Shown here piece by piece: positions 31,274 to 41,263 of a stretch of DNA of 64,000 bases. Every line of letters begins with the position of its first letter. Position 1 is the first letter of the stretch. The notes under the pieces are model-generated. The model had not been told where the DNA came from and ran no database searches. It saw only the letters and a list, made by a program, of their open reading frames with translations. Position numbers and translations under genes: made by a program. The DNA is from a virus, in the IMG/VR virus record IMGVR_UViG_3300046167_000870; one strand, given 5' to 3'.

Positions 31274-31722
31274 TATGCTTCTACGTCTACATCAACATCT
31301 ACTTCATCTTCTACTTCAGGTGCTGAATCGGTTTCACTTCCTTCTACTTCGGCTCCACTTTCTGGGCCATATTGTAATATACGAGCAATAGCTAAGGCAG
31401 CATATTCTTCTTCATCAAGATTTAGTAAATAGTATTTCTTACCTTCTACTTGTGCTATCCAACTACGTGGAGTAAATTGAAGTAAGAAAAATTGTCCATT
31501 CAGTAATTTAATTCTGAATGTTGATGGACGAGGGGCAACCCAATCTATTCCTTCTAAGAATGAATCAAATTCATGGGTTAATAACGAAACTATTATATCT
31601 TTGAGTTCTGGGAATTTAGTTAGCTCATCATAAGCCTCAGCAGCATCATCTGCTTTGCCTTTTTCATCTACCACTTGTAGTGCTAGAGCTCTAATTTTTT
31701 CTCTTAATTCAGCTGCTGTCAT
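31273..31722 (-). CDS. Hypothetical protein
   Basis: 149-aa ORF, coupled on both sides; acidic tail. Confidence 0.7.
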   Translation of the reverse strand: MTAAELREKIRALALQVVDEKGKADDAAEAYDELTKFPELKDIIVSLLTHEFDSFLEGIDWVAPRPSTFRIKLLNGQFFLLQFTPRSWIAQVEGKKYYLLNLDEEEYAALAIARILQYGPESGAEVEGSETDSAPEVEDEVDVDVDVEA

Positions 31723-33257
31723 TATTTTTTCTGTTTAGATAAAAACGACGCTAATGCCATTTGTTTAATTTTTTTAAGGGATTTACCTTTAAATTGAGGT
31801 GCATCTGAATCTTTAAAATCTTCAACATGGTCTTCTACTGAAGATGATTTTGTTAGTTTTTCTTTCACTAAAGTAGATATTTTTTCATCTATAGTACCTG
31901 ATGTACGTCCTCTAGCGCTATAAAAATCACTTTGTGCTTTAGCTTCTCTTTCAAGACCACTCATTGTATGATCAACTGCTCTTTTTAACCCATCAATTGA
32001 AATATCAACTGGGGTGTAATTTCCATCTGTCATATAAGAATCTATTCCTACTGCTCCTGATTGGCCTGCTTCTCTCATTCCTGCTAAGACAGCTTCTTCT
32101 TGATCAATTTTATAACCACCCATTTGACTGATCATAAATTCATCATTATCTTTATTATGTTGGAATATTACAGTTTGTGGATATCTTCCGTTATTGTTTG
32201 TTACAATATATGATAAAAAACCTGGGTTATTTCTAACTTCACCTCGTTCTTTTACTATGTATCCTTTTTTAGAAAAATAATCAAATAAAGAACCACCATC
32301 CATTACTTCAGTTAATGATTCATTCATATCATAATCACGGAGTTGTTTACTAATTTTGTATAAACGACTTTCTAATTTATTTAATTGATCACCATAATAA
32401 TCAGCTATTTCTCCTCCTTCTGGTTCTGCTTCTTGCTCCATATCTCTATATAACTGATTGATTTCATCTTGGATTTCAGCTTTCATACCTCTTAGAGTTA
32501 AAACTTCATCAAAATCAAGTCTTTCATTAACAAATACATCACCATCATCATCAATTTCAAATCCTTCTTCTTCTAATCTATCAATGAAGCTACCTAAAGT
32601 AACATCATATCTATTAGCTGAGTATACATTATTAAAGGCGCCATAAGCGTCTAATCTTGATAATTCATTTGGAAAATATTGTCTAACAATTTCTCTAGCT
32701 TCTTCACCTGCTCTTTCGATGTTATCAGCTGCATCTCTAAGATCTACAACTGCTTGTTCTAATTTAAATCCTAAAGAACCTTCAACATCTTCACCTACTA
32801 CTTTTTCATCTGGATCTCCTTCAAGATCTGCTCCTGATGGATCATTATCTTCTCTTATTCCTTTAACAAGCTCGTCATATGCTTTACCTATATCACCTTT
32901 ATATAATGAATCAACTACTTTTTTACCTAGTACTTCGAAATCACTATCTGTTAGAGAATGTGGTTTATTAAATCCTTCTACATAAGCTTGACCTATGTCA
33001 GTGTAGTCAGCCCAAAAGTCTTTGTTTTGTGGTTTTTTATCTTCTCTGGTTAGAGACTGTTGTATAAGTTCTTTGATTCTATCTTTATTCATGCCTTCAA
33101 CTTTAGATTTAGCTTTCTTTGTTGCTATTCCATACATTACTTGTTCTGCATCCTTACCGTACTTTTTAACTAAATTACGTTTATTATTCAATAAACCTTG
33201 AAGGACAACTTCGCGTGATTCTAGTTCTCTTTCCGTAAGTTTGCGTTCGTTAAGCAT
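31722..33257 (-). CDS. Modular putative internal head protein
   Basis: [11 protein letters not shown]; many [LIVM]-x-E junctions. Confidence 0.6.
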   Translation of the reverse strand: MLNERKLTERELESREVVLQGLLNNKRNLVKKYGKDAEQVMYGIATKKAKSKVEGMNKDRIKELIQQSLTREDKKPQNKDFWADYTDIGQAYVEGFNKPHSLTDSDFEVLGKKVVDSLYKGDIGKAYDELVKGIREDNDPSGADLEGDPDEKVVGEDVEGSLGFKLEQAVVDLRDAADNIERAGEEAREIVRQYFPNELSRLDAYGAFNNVYSANRYDVTLGSFIDRLEEEGFEIDDDGDVFVNERLDFDEVLTLRGMKAEIQDEINQLYRDMEQEAEPEGGEIADYYGDQLNKLESRLYKISKQLRDYDMNESLTEVMDGGSLFDYFSKKGYIVKERGEVRNNPGFLSYIVTNNNGRYPQTVIFQHNKDNDEFMISQMGGYKIDQEEAVLAGMREAGQSGAVGIDSYMTDGNYTPVDISIDGLKRAVDHTMSGLEREAKAQSDFYSARGRTSGTIDEKISTLVKEKLTKSSSVEDHVEDFKDSDAPQFKGKSLKKIKQMALASFLSKQKK

Positions 33258-33260
33258 GTA

Positions 33261-34121
33261 TTAATCAGAATTTCTTCCAACTACATATTCTCTAGTGAAA
33301 AATGTAATTGTATTTCCAATTTGATCAGCTAATTTATCGTTTCCTAAAGCATCTGCAGCATCCATTGCAGCTTTTAAAGAATCTTGTACTATTTCTTCTT
33401 CTGGAGATAATCCTACTTCAACCTTTGCTTTAACAGCTGGCTTTACAATATCAATTTCGTCTCCTTCAGCATCAACATCTACTGTATCTTGAACATCTAC
33501 ATCAACGTCTGCTTCTACATCATCTTCGATGTCAACATCTACGTCTTCTTCAGCTTCTGAGTAAATAGAGGCATTATATTGTGATTCTTCAGATAATTCA
33601 GCTAATATAGTTTCTTTGATTTTAGCTTTTAATTCAGATACACTCATTTTAGAAGATTCTGACATAGCTTTTACGTCATCTTCTTCATATTTTTTACCGT
33701 ATCCTTCTTCTACTTCAATCTCTTCTTTATTAATTTTATTTTTGCCTTTTTTCTCAGCATCACGTTTACCAAATTTTCCGTAAGAATCATCTCTACGATC
33801 TTTCATAGATTGTTTCTTGTCTTTTTCAGCACCTCTACGAGCACCTAGAGATTCGTCTTCTCTATCGTCGTATCCTTGCTTTTTCATTTCGTTAACGTCT
33901 TTAGGTTCGTCTTTTTTAAGCTTAGATAATTTTCTTTCATCAGCTTTAATGTCTTTTTCTAAAGATTTGATGTGGTCTCTATTATCTCTAATAGCGCCTT
34001 CCATTCTTTTTTGCTCTTCTTTATTACCTTTTTTAGAGTCTTCTTTTTTCTCATCAAGTTGGCTAAAATCTTTGTTGATTCTTCCTTCTCTAAGGTATTT
34101 TTTGTAATCAAAGTTGTCCAT
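33261..34121 (-). CDS. Highly charged putative internal head protein
   Basis: MDNFDYKKYLREG; late motif at 34137-34146. Confidence 0.6.
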   Translation of the reverse strand: MDNFDYKKYLREGRINKDFSQLDEKKEDSKKGNKEEQKRMEGAIRDNRDHIKSLEKDIKADERKLSKLKKDEPKDVNEMKKQGYDDREDESLGARRGAEKDKKQSMKDRRDDSYGKFGKRDAEKKGKNKINKEEIEVEEGYGKKYEEDDVKAMSESSKMSVSELKAKIKETILAELSEESQYNASIYSEAEEDVDVDIEDDVEADVDVDVQDTVDVDAEGDEIDIVKPAVKAKVEVGLSPEEEIVQDSLKAAMDAADALGNDKLADQIGNTITFFTREYVVGRNSD

Positions 34122-34145
34122 TATGTATATTTTTATTTATAAATA

Positions 34146-35012
34146 TTAGTTTCTTCTGTTAGAATTACCTCCTCGTGAAACATTACTGCCTCTACTTACA
34201 TTACTTGAAGGTCTTGTAGTAGTGGTGCTATTGTTTGACGACGGTCTAGTATAAATATTAGAAGAGTTATTATTATTAATCTCTGGTCTACCATATCCTC
34301 TAACAGGTTTAGAATTATTATTATTAATTCTAGGCCTACTATTATTATTTATATTAGGATTATTAGGATTATTATAAACTCGTGGTTTGTTGTTTATTCT
34401 TCTACGTATTTTAGTAGCAATTATATCAACGTTGTTTTGATCAACATTAACTCTTGGTTTGTTTCTATTAACAACAACTCTATTTTCTATATTATTAGAA
34501 CCTCTTCTTCCATTAATATAAGCTGTATTAGGTCTATTTCTATGTTGCCAAGCATAATTATTCATTTCTTGTCTCCAGCCCCAATTATTCCAACCCCAAC
34601 TGTTCCATCCATAATAATGGTTATTCCAACCCCAATAAGGTCTATTCCAACTATTCCAACCCCAATTAGAATATGGATAACCCCATACCCAATCATTCCA
34701 CATCATATCTCTGTTCCAAGAATAGCTATAACTCCAATATGGGTTATAAAAATTATATCTATTACCTAATATACGATTATTCCAATCAAATGATCTAGGT
34801 TGACTTAAAGCATACTGAGCAAAATCATATCTAAATTGAAAATCAGTTCTTAATTTCCATTGTAGTTGCCTGTAATTTAATGTATCTATTTGTACATCAG
34901 CAGGTACTTCTAAAACTGTATCATAAATGGGATCATGACCAACGGTACTTACATGCCACGTTGTTGAGCATCCCGTTAATAATAATCCCAATAATAATAA
35001 TACTTTTTTCAT
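34146..35012 (-). CDS. Lipoprotein with W/Y/N-rich core and N/S/R-rich disordered tail
   Basis: [15 protein letters not shown] lipobox; low-complexity composition. Confidence 0.7.
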   Translation of the reverse strand: MKKVLLLLGLLLTGCSTTWHVSTVGHDPIYDTVLEVPADVQIDTLNYRQLQWKLRTDFQFRYDFAQYALSQPRSFDWNNRILGNRYNFYNPYWSYSYSWNRDMMWNDWVWGYPYSNWGWNSWNRPYWGWNNHYYGWNSWGWNNWGWRQEMNNYAWQHRNRPNTAYINGRRGSNNIENRVVVNRNKPRVNVDQNNVDIIATKIRRRINNKPRVYNNPNNPNINNNSRPRINNNNSKPVRGYGRPEINNNNSSNIYTRPSSNNSTTTTRPSSNVSRGSNVSRGGNSNRRN

Positions 35013-35014
35013 AT

Positions 35015-35956
35015 TTATATTTTATTTTCTGCTGTTACTTTAAGGTTGGAAAGTTTCCATCCTCCACCTTGACCACATAAAGTACCGTGACTACATTCAC
35101 CACCACTATCTTTATACCAGTGAGGATCATTTACACCAGGTGACCAATCACCATGATAAGAAGGTGTAAACCACCAACCCACAGCCATAGCATCTTTTAA
35201 TTTACTCATATCTAAAGTATTACTAGCTGGGTATGCTGGTTCTGTCATATCAAACACTTTTACACTATTTGAGTCTTGAGATAAAGTAATAATCATATTT
35301 GTGTAATCAGCATTAAAATCAACTACCATATGGAATGGTTTGTTTGGATCGATTTTACCTACTAAACTATGTACACCATCTGATCCAGCTGCTGCTTGCA
35401 TTTCATCCCATTCCCAACAATCTGTATTAGCTGCTTCTGTATAAGACACTTCATATCTTTGAGGTCCTCCTTTATCGTCAGCTAAATGTAAAGTATGTTG
35501 GAACATTTTTTGACCATTAGTTTCTAAGAAATCAATTTCTTGACAAAATGGACATGGATAACCTGGTTCACCTGGTTTAGGTTGAAACTCAGCATCACAA
35601 TAATTTCCATTTCCTTTAGGTTGTTTAGCGCTACTAACAGCATAAAAAGCTGCATTTAACCAATCACCTGTAAAGTCTGAACGTTGTGCTAAATTAGATA
35701 AATCGATGTCTGCTTCAATTTTTGATATGTTTATGTATCCATTTTTAGAAGCTACTCTACCAGCTTTTACTGAACTTTCGTCTCCAAAATCAACACCACC
35801 TACACTAACAACTGGATCTACTCCACATTTGTTATAATCCACATCAAATTCAACATCATATGTTATAGGATCATTTACTACTTTTTCTACTTTTTTATTA
35901 TTGTTACATGATATAACAAATATCGACAATAATAAGATTAAGATTGTTTTTTTCAT
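35015..35956 (-). CDS. Lipoprotein, GH7-like (clan GH-B) glycoside hydrolase
   Basis: VIS-C lipobox; collinear motifs ADIDLSNL, LNAAFYAV, NYCDAE, CQEIDFLETN, IDPNKPFHMVVDF, LSNLKV. Confidence 0.7.
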   Translation of the reverse strand: MKKTILILLLSIFVISCNNNKKVEKVVNDPITYDVEFDVDYNKCGVDPVVSVGGVDFGDESSVKAGRVASKNGYINISKIEADIDLSNLAQRSDFTGDWLNAAFYAVSSAKQPKGNGNYCDAEFQPKPGEPGYPCPFCQEIDFLETNGQKMFQHTLHLADDKGGPQRYEVSYTEAANTDCWEWDEMQAAAGSDGVHSLVGKIDPNKPFHMVVDFNADYTNMIITLSQDSNSVKVFDMTEPAYPASNTLDMSKLKDAMAVGWWFTPSYHGDWSPGVNDPHWYKDSGGECSHGTLCGQGGGWKLSNLKVTAENKI

Positions 35957-35973
35957 TTTTATTTTTGTTTTTG

Positions 35974-36246
35974 TTATTTACTAAATTTAGCTTTCTTTGT
36001 GTTTTTCACAAACTGCTTTCCTTTTTTACTACCTCTAACTTTTTTAGCAACTGTAGCTTTACGCTGTGCTTTAGTTAAAGATTGTGCTTTTTTCTTAGGT
36101 AAACATCTAGTAGTGGCTTTACCTTTTTTCATTGTACCACAATCACCAGATATATTACCTGAAGTATTTATTCTTACCCAATTTTCTTTTTTAAACCAAT
36201 CACGTAAGGATTCTTGTATTCTTTCTGTTAGTTTATCTTGTACCAT
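35974..36246 (-). CDS. Small basic hypothetical protein
   Basis: ESLRDWFKKENWV...CG...RCLPKKKA. Confidence 0.7.
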   Translation of the reverse strand: MVQDKLTERIQESLRDWFKKENWVRINTSGNISGDCGTMKKGKATTRCLPKKKAQSLTKAQRKATVAKKVRGSKKGKQFVKNTKKAKFSK

Positions 36247-36929
36247 TATGTTGCTGCTGATGCTATATCTTTTAATAATGATGATAAATCTTTACCTTTT
36301 AAAGCTGCTTTTAACCCACTTATTGTTCCAGCTGATATATTACCTTTGCTTAAACTTTGTAATGCACCACCACCTGCTTTTAATCCTAAACCTAATATTA
36401 ATAAAGCATATAAGCTATTAGTAACTAAGGATTTTGATTTTTCATCTTTAGTAAATAATCCAACTACCCTTTTAATTGGGCCTTTAAAATCATTTTCTAA
36501 TTTATGGGTAAAACTTTCTATTTTTTTAGCAGCTGCTTCTCCTTTACCAAAATTATATTTTTTAAATAATTTACCAATATACTTGGCTAAAATATTAGTT
36601 AATGTAGTACCAGCTAGTACTGTAGATAAAACAGAAATAGGATCAACTACCTCATTTAATTCATCTTTTTTGTCTTCTAATTTATCTTCAACTGCGTTCG
36701 CTAACTCCTTAGCTAAAGAACTTATTTCAAAATTTTCTTCTAAATATGATTCGTTAGTTTTTTTCTTTTTTCTACCGCTTATTTGACCTTTACATACTTT
36801 TACAGCACGACCAGATAAGTAAGCAGATGATTTTTCACCTGCAGCCATTCTGCGTTTGCGATATGCTTCACCTTTCTTACACAGTTTTTCGTTAACTGCT
36901 GATTTAATTCTTTCGTTTAAATTTTCCAT
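36246..36929 (-). CDS. Hypothetical modular protein
   Basis: MENLNER; basic KLCKKG...AVKVCKG module followed by a hydrophobic helical module after LNE. Confidence 0.65.
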   Translation of the reverse strand: MENLNERIKSAVNEKLCKKGEAYRKRRMAAGEKSSAYLSGRAVKVCKGQISGRKKKKTNESYLEENFEISSLAKELANAVEDKLEDKKDELNEVVDPISVLSTVLAGTTLTNILAKYIGKLFKKYNFGKGEAAAKKIESFTHKLENDFKGPIKRVVGLFTKDEKSKSLVTNSLYALLILGLGLKAGGGALQSLSKGNISAGTISGLKAALKGKDLSSLLKDIASAAT

Positions 36930-37312
36930 TAGCTTACATCCATTGAATCATCATGATCTAATTCAATCCCTAAATTATCAAATACTGGTTCTAGATCTTT
37001 ATAATAATTAAAATCATAAGTTCTACCACCAAAATCATTGTTTACTTGAACTCCTAATTTTTTAGCTACATAACGAATATCATCACTATTAAATCTTCTT
37101 TCTCCTCTATAATCGTCTTCATCTTTAACTGTTAATTCATCCCCGTTTTCATCTAAGACTTTTATCTTATATAAACGTCCAAAATCTGTATACCAAAAAT
37201 CAATTTTTTTAATTAATGGGATAAGGCCATCAATATACATTTCAATTTCCTTACGGATTTCTTCATGTAGCTGATTTAGCTTCCAAGCGTGATGGTCAAA
37301 ATTGTCTTTCAT
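36929..37312 (-). CDS. Hypothetical protein
   Basis: ORF with late motif at 37326-37335. Confidence 0.7.
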   Translation of the reverse strand: MKDNFDHHAWKLNQLHEEIRKEIEMYIDGLIPLIKKIDFWYTDFGRLYKIKVLDENGDELTVKDEDDYRGERRFNSDDIRYVAKKLGVQVNNDFGGRTYDFNYYKDLEPVFDNLGIELDHDDSMDVS

Positions 37313-37341
37313 TACTTTTATTTTATTATAAATATGTAAAA

Positions 37342-37911
37342 TTATTTTTTAAGTGACTCTAGATACTCAACTGTTTCTTTTACATACTCATCTACTCTTT
37401 CAACATTTAATTTACCATGCCAAGTTTCTACATCACCTTGTTCAGTAACATGGCCAGTATTTGATTCATTTAGTTTTGATTCTACGAAATCTTTAAAATC
37501 CTGGATTCTACTATCTATTACTTTGTTATTAATGTTATTAAAGTATTCTTCATATTTACCTTCTGCTTTTAATTTATCTTCAAATTTAGCATAGCAATTT
37601 AAACAGAATTTGTAGGTATTATAATATGGTTTATCTACCCTTTGGTCCATTATTTTTTTACATTTAGGACAAAATAAAGGCATTACATGAGCTTTTTTAG
37701 CTTTATCTAATTTAGTAATATTTTGTTTTATACCATCTTTAATAGTCCAAGTACGACCATCTCTTGATTCCCAAATATCTCCTTCTTTATATTGTTCTTC
37801 AGGTGGTGTGTAACCTATTGATTCTCTTGTTTTTTCTCCATATTTACCTTGAACAAGATTACGGATTCTTTCAACATCTTTCTTTTGAAATTCTTTTTTT
37901 AGTTGGGTCAT
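37342..37911 (-). CDS. Zinc-finger hypothetical protein
   Basis: CPKC...CLNC; WTIKDGIKQN. Confidence 0.7.
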   Translation of the reverse strand: MTQLKKEFQKKDVERIRNLVQGKYGEKTRESIGYTPPEEQYKEGDIWESRDGRTWTIKDGIKQNITKLDKAKKAHVMPLFCPKCKKIMDQRVDKPYYNTYKFCLNCYAKFEDKLKAEGKYEEYFNNINNKVIDSRIQDFKDFVESKLNESNTGHVTEQGDVETWHGKLNVERVDEYVKETVEYLESLKK

Positions 37912-39420
37912 AAACCTAATTTTTTCAAATCATTAATTACTTGATCAGCATTTTGATAGAAAATCCCTGTACCACCTGCTGCGTTCCAGTTATCAATTGT
38001 ACTACCTTTATCATCAATTAAAATATCAAATTTTGTTAAATTTGGTTTAACTGTATGTTTTTGTTTAGCTGATCTATACGTTACCTTTGGTTTCGTTGAA
38101 TATAATGTACCAATTTTATCTTTAACCCACAAGCCTTTTCCAATAATACTTTGTTTTTTAATTGAAGGTGCAGTTAACATCTCAAATGGATATTGCTCTA
38201 CAAATTTAACTAATTTTTGAGCACCAGGCATTAATTCAATACCTCGCCAAAACGCAACTTTATGTTTTTCATCAATTAAATCCCAAAAAGCATTTAAACC
38301 ATTTTTATCAACATAAGCTTGAGGCATCATACCTGATAGATCTTCAAATCGTTTATCAAAATCAGCTACCACACCATCCATATCTAAATAAATGTAATAT
38401 TCTTCATCCTCAGCTATTTCAAATATAGCTTCAGCTAATCCGAAAGGATCTTTATTAGTCCAACTTCTAAATGCTATGTTTCCTTCTTCGTATGCTTCTC
38501 TTTCTATCTGTTCTAAATACTCATCTTCATTAACATTATCTGTATTAATGTTTTCTAATCTGTCTTCGTGGTTTTGGTGAACGTGTATTAATTCATGCGC
38601 ATATGAACGTAATATATCCTTGGGATGTCTACCTAACGTGTATAGTACAACTTCATTATTGTTGGGGTCATAATACGCGGTTTTACCGAAAAAATTATCT
38701 GCATTCTTAAAATCAGTATGTATAAATTTGACTTTAGGATATGGTTTTAATTTTAACCCATCCATTTTCCATACTTGTAGTTAATGATTTAATTAAAGGA
38801 TTAAAATCAAAATTAATAGGATCTAAAACTTCTTTTAATATTTTTTGTTCTTTAACTACATTATTAACGTATCCAAAAATTTCTTCTGCTTCTTCATCTG
38901 TTACTTCTTTTGGTAATAATGGTCTTAATTTTTCTACTGATATTTTAGCTGCATTTCTAGCTGCAGTTCCCGATGCCCCACTTTGTGTTACTGTAGTTCC
39001 TACTCTTAAATTAGGGTAATTATCTACTGATTTAGTTCTTTTAGCTATATCAGCAAAATCATCTTCATTACCTTCTCTAGCTCCAAGTATGAATATTACA
39101 TTTTCATCTGGGTGTTCTTTAGCATAATTGTATACTGCTTGGATTGGAGGTTTAGAACTTAATTTTACTTCTACATTAATTGGTAAATATTGTTTATAAA
39201 TGTCCCATATAATAAGTGATTCTTCTGGTGTTACTCCGTCTCTTTCTTTACCACCAATTAAAATAATAAACTTATCTATTTCAGGATTATTTTTTATTGC
39301 TGTTTTTACAACTTGAAAATGACCATTTGTAGGAGGTTTAAAACCACCTCCATATACTGCTACCGTTCTTTTTTCTTCCTCGGGTAATAGTCCTTTTATA
39401 ATTTCTTTAACTAAACTCAT
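37908..39420 (-). CDS. Three-domain protein: HIGH-type nucleotidyltransferase + HExxH metallopeptidase-like + HAD 5'(3')-nucleotidase (one +1 indel near 38765)
   Basis: YGGGFKPPTNGHF and SGTAAR; RSYAHELIHVHQ; YLDMDGVVADF...LIDD. Span 1513 = 3n+1; removing one A gives ...TSMEMDGLKLKPYP. Confidence 0.7.
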
Positions 39421-40262
39421 TATTTATTTAAAAATTTTGAAATTGCTCTTTGTGCTTCTTCTCTTGAAATTGAATTATCAATTATATCTTTAACGCCCTG
39501 ATCTGATAGTAATTTTCTTATTTGACTATTAACTTTTTCTTTTTGTTTAGCTGCATATGCTGCTCTAGCTGGGGATTTAGGTTTAGTGTTTTTAGGAGAA
39601 TAAGGTTTTAAATATTTATCTACTATTGCATCTAAATCTTCTAATTTTTCATCTTCTAAAGTATTAGCAACTGATATAAAATTGTCATCACCAAATAAAT
39701 TTCTATATGGAGCATAGTTTTGAGTCACGTTATTCCATGTTTTTAACACGATTGCAGGCGCTAAACTTCTATCTTTACCATCTGATGCCTGAAATCTAAG
39801 TTCATTTTGTTTTAACGATCTTTCTAAATCAGTATAAACATAAAGCATAAATACTTCATACCCTACCTTTTTTAGTTCATTAACTAATTCTTCTGTTTTT
39901 TTATATGAAGCTGCTGTACCATCTAATATAAATGATTCTTTACCTGCTATTGTAGCTTCTACTTTACCTTTAAATTCTTTATTGGCGTCTGCCATTGCTA
40001 TTGCCTGTTTGCTTCTTTCTTCAGGACCAGCATTTTTTAAATCTAATGATACATTTGCTTTTTTTAGATTTTGAATATAAGTATCATCTATATTTAATAC
40101 TTTAAATCCTCCGATATTTAAACCTTTTAAAACAAATCCTTTACCAGCACCAGGAGCACCAGCTAATATAATTGCTTTAGGTTTATCTTGTCCACCAATA
40201 GCCCCAGCATTTACTCCTGCGGCATTGGTTACTTCTTTTAGTAAGTTATTTAGTTCTATCAT
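39420..40262 (-). CDS. Zeta-toxin/AAA_33-like P-loop kinase
   Basis: LAGAPGAGKG, NIDD, FILDGT, YEVFMLYVYTDLERSLKQN. Confidence 0.8.
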   Translation of the reverse strand: MIELNNLLKEVTNAAGVNAGAIGGQDKPKAIILAGAPGAGKGFVLKGLNIGGFKVLNIDDTYIQNLKKANVSLDLKNAGPEERSKQAIAMADANKEFKGKVEATIAGKESFILDGTAASYKKTEELVNELKKVGYEVFMLYVYTDLERSLKQNELRFQASDGKDRSLAPAIVLKTWNNVTQNYAPYRNLFGDDNFISVANTLEDEKLEDLDAIVDKYLKPYSPKNTKPKSPARAAYAAKQKEKVNSQIRKLLSDQGVKDIIDNSISREEAQRAISKFLNK

Positions 40263-40281
40263 ATATTATAAATATCGAAGT

Positions 40282-40410
40282 TTAAATCATGTTCATCTTT
40301 TTTAAAAACTCTAATTCTTCTTTAGTTACATCCATAACATTTTTCTGCATTATTTCTTGAGCACGTTTATATTCTTGCTCTTCCCAATAAATTTCTTCGC
40401 TACTCATCAT
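40282..40410 (-). CDS. Small hypothetical protein (42 aa; not in ORF track)
   Basis: MMSSEEIYWEEQEYKRAQEIMQKN...; starts 1 nt after the upstream stop. Confidence 0.55.
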   Translation of the reverse strand: MMSSEEIYWEEQEYKRAQEIMQKNVMDVTKEELEFLKKMNMI

Positions 40411-40411
40411 A

Positions 40412-40666
40412 CTAAAATAATTTTTCAAAAAGTTTATCAATATCTTCTTTTGATTGCCATCCTAATGGATCATTATCTCCAACCATTACTTCGAAAGAAG
40501 CAGCATCTTCAATACTATCACACGCAGCTCTGTTACCAGCTCGGGATGTACTGTACATATTTTCTCCACATACAATAGAAATTCGAGTACCATCATCTGT
40601 GAATACTTGAGAAATAATTCCTTTTACAACTGGGTGTTTAATAAAACCTAAATTTTTGAATTTCAT
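40412..40666 (-). CDS. Hypothetical early protein
   Basis: 84-aa ORF behind promoter 40701-40732. Confidence 0.7.
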   Translation of the reverse strand: MKFKNLGFIKHPVVKGIISQVFTDDGTRISIVCGENMYSTSRAGNRAACDSIEDAASFEVMVGDNDPLGWQSKEDIDKLFEKLF

Positions 40667-40700
40667 GACCTTTATTTTATATTATTACTTATTTACCCTG

Positions 40701-40732
40701 TAAATATACGACTCCTATTTCAGGTATCCTAA
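40701..40732 (-). promoter_or_regulatory. Bacteroidota-type (host sigma) promoter
   Basis: TTAGGA-N15-TCGTATATTTA. Confidence 0.7.
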
Positions 40733-41263
40733 TTCTTCCACGAGAGTCTTATATATACTGTAGCTGGTTGTTTTAATATCAATGTTAGGATTTATTTTTA
40801 GAATTGATTCTTTTACACAATCTAAATTATTACTATCCATATCTTCTTCAATTAAAATATTACTTTTAAAAAAAGGTACAAGATCACTATAGTGGTCTGA
40901 TAATATACGTTCACAACTAGAACTTTGGATTAGATAAATAACATCTCCATTTTTTATATCATGGATGATGTTATTATATCTTTTTAAGTATTTCTTTTTA
41001 GTAGTAGATAATTTATCTTCTTTTTCATGAATAAACATCATTTTATAGGTTTTATCCCATATTTGTTTGTTTTCAAATAAACCACTATTTACTATTTCAA
41101 CATCATCAAATATGTCATCTAATCCATTATCTAAAATATAAGATACAGTTTTATAAGAATTACCACTCCAATCAAAAGGGTAATTTTTTACTCTTACTTT
41201 TGCTTCATTTGCAGCATAAGCTGCTGTGCATACCTTACCTATTGGAAAATATACTATTCTCAC
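40715..41263 (-). CDS. DUF1796-like putative papain-fold peptidase
   Basis: PIGKVCTAA...YPFDW...FIHE pattern. Confidence 0.55.
   Translation of the reverse strand: MRIVYFPIGKVCTAAYAANEAKVRVKNYPFDWSGNSYKTVSYILDNGLDDIFDDVEIVNSGLFENKQIWDKTYKMMFIHEKEDKLSTTKKKYLKRYNNIIHDIKNGDVIYLIQSSSCERILSDHYSDLVPFFKSNILIEEDMDSNNLDCVKESILKINPNIDIKTTSYSIYKTLVEELGYLK

Noticed and set aside
39420-40410. Zeta/epsilon toxin-antitoxin pair
   Set aside because: The upstream 42-aa ORF is separated from the kinase by a late motif and shows no recognisable antitoxin features.
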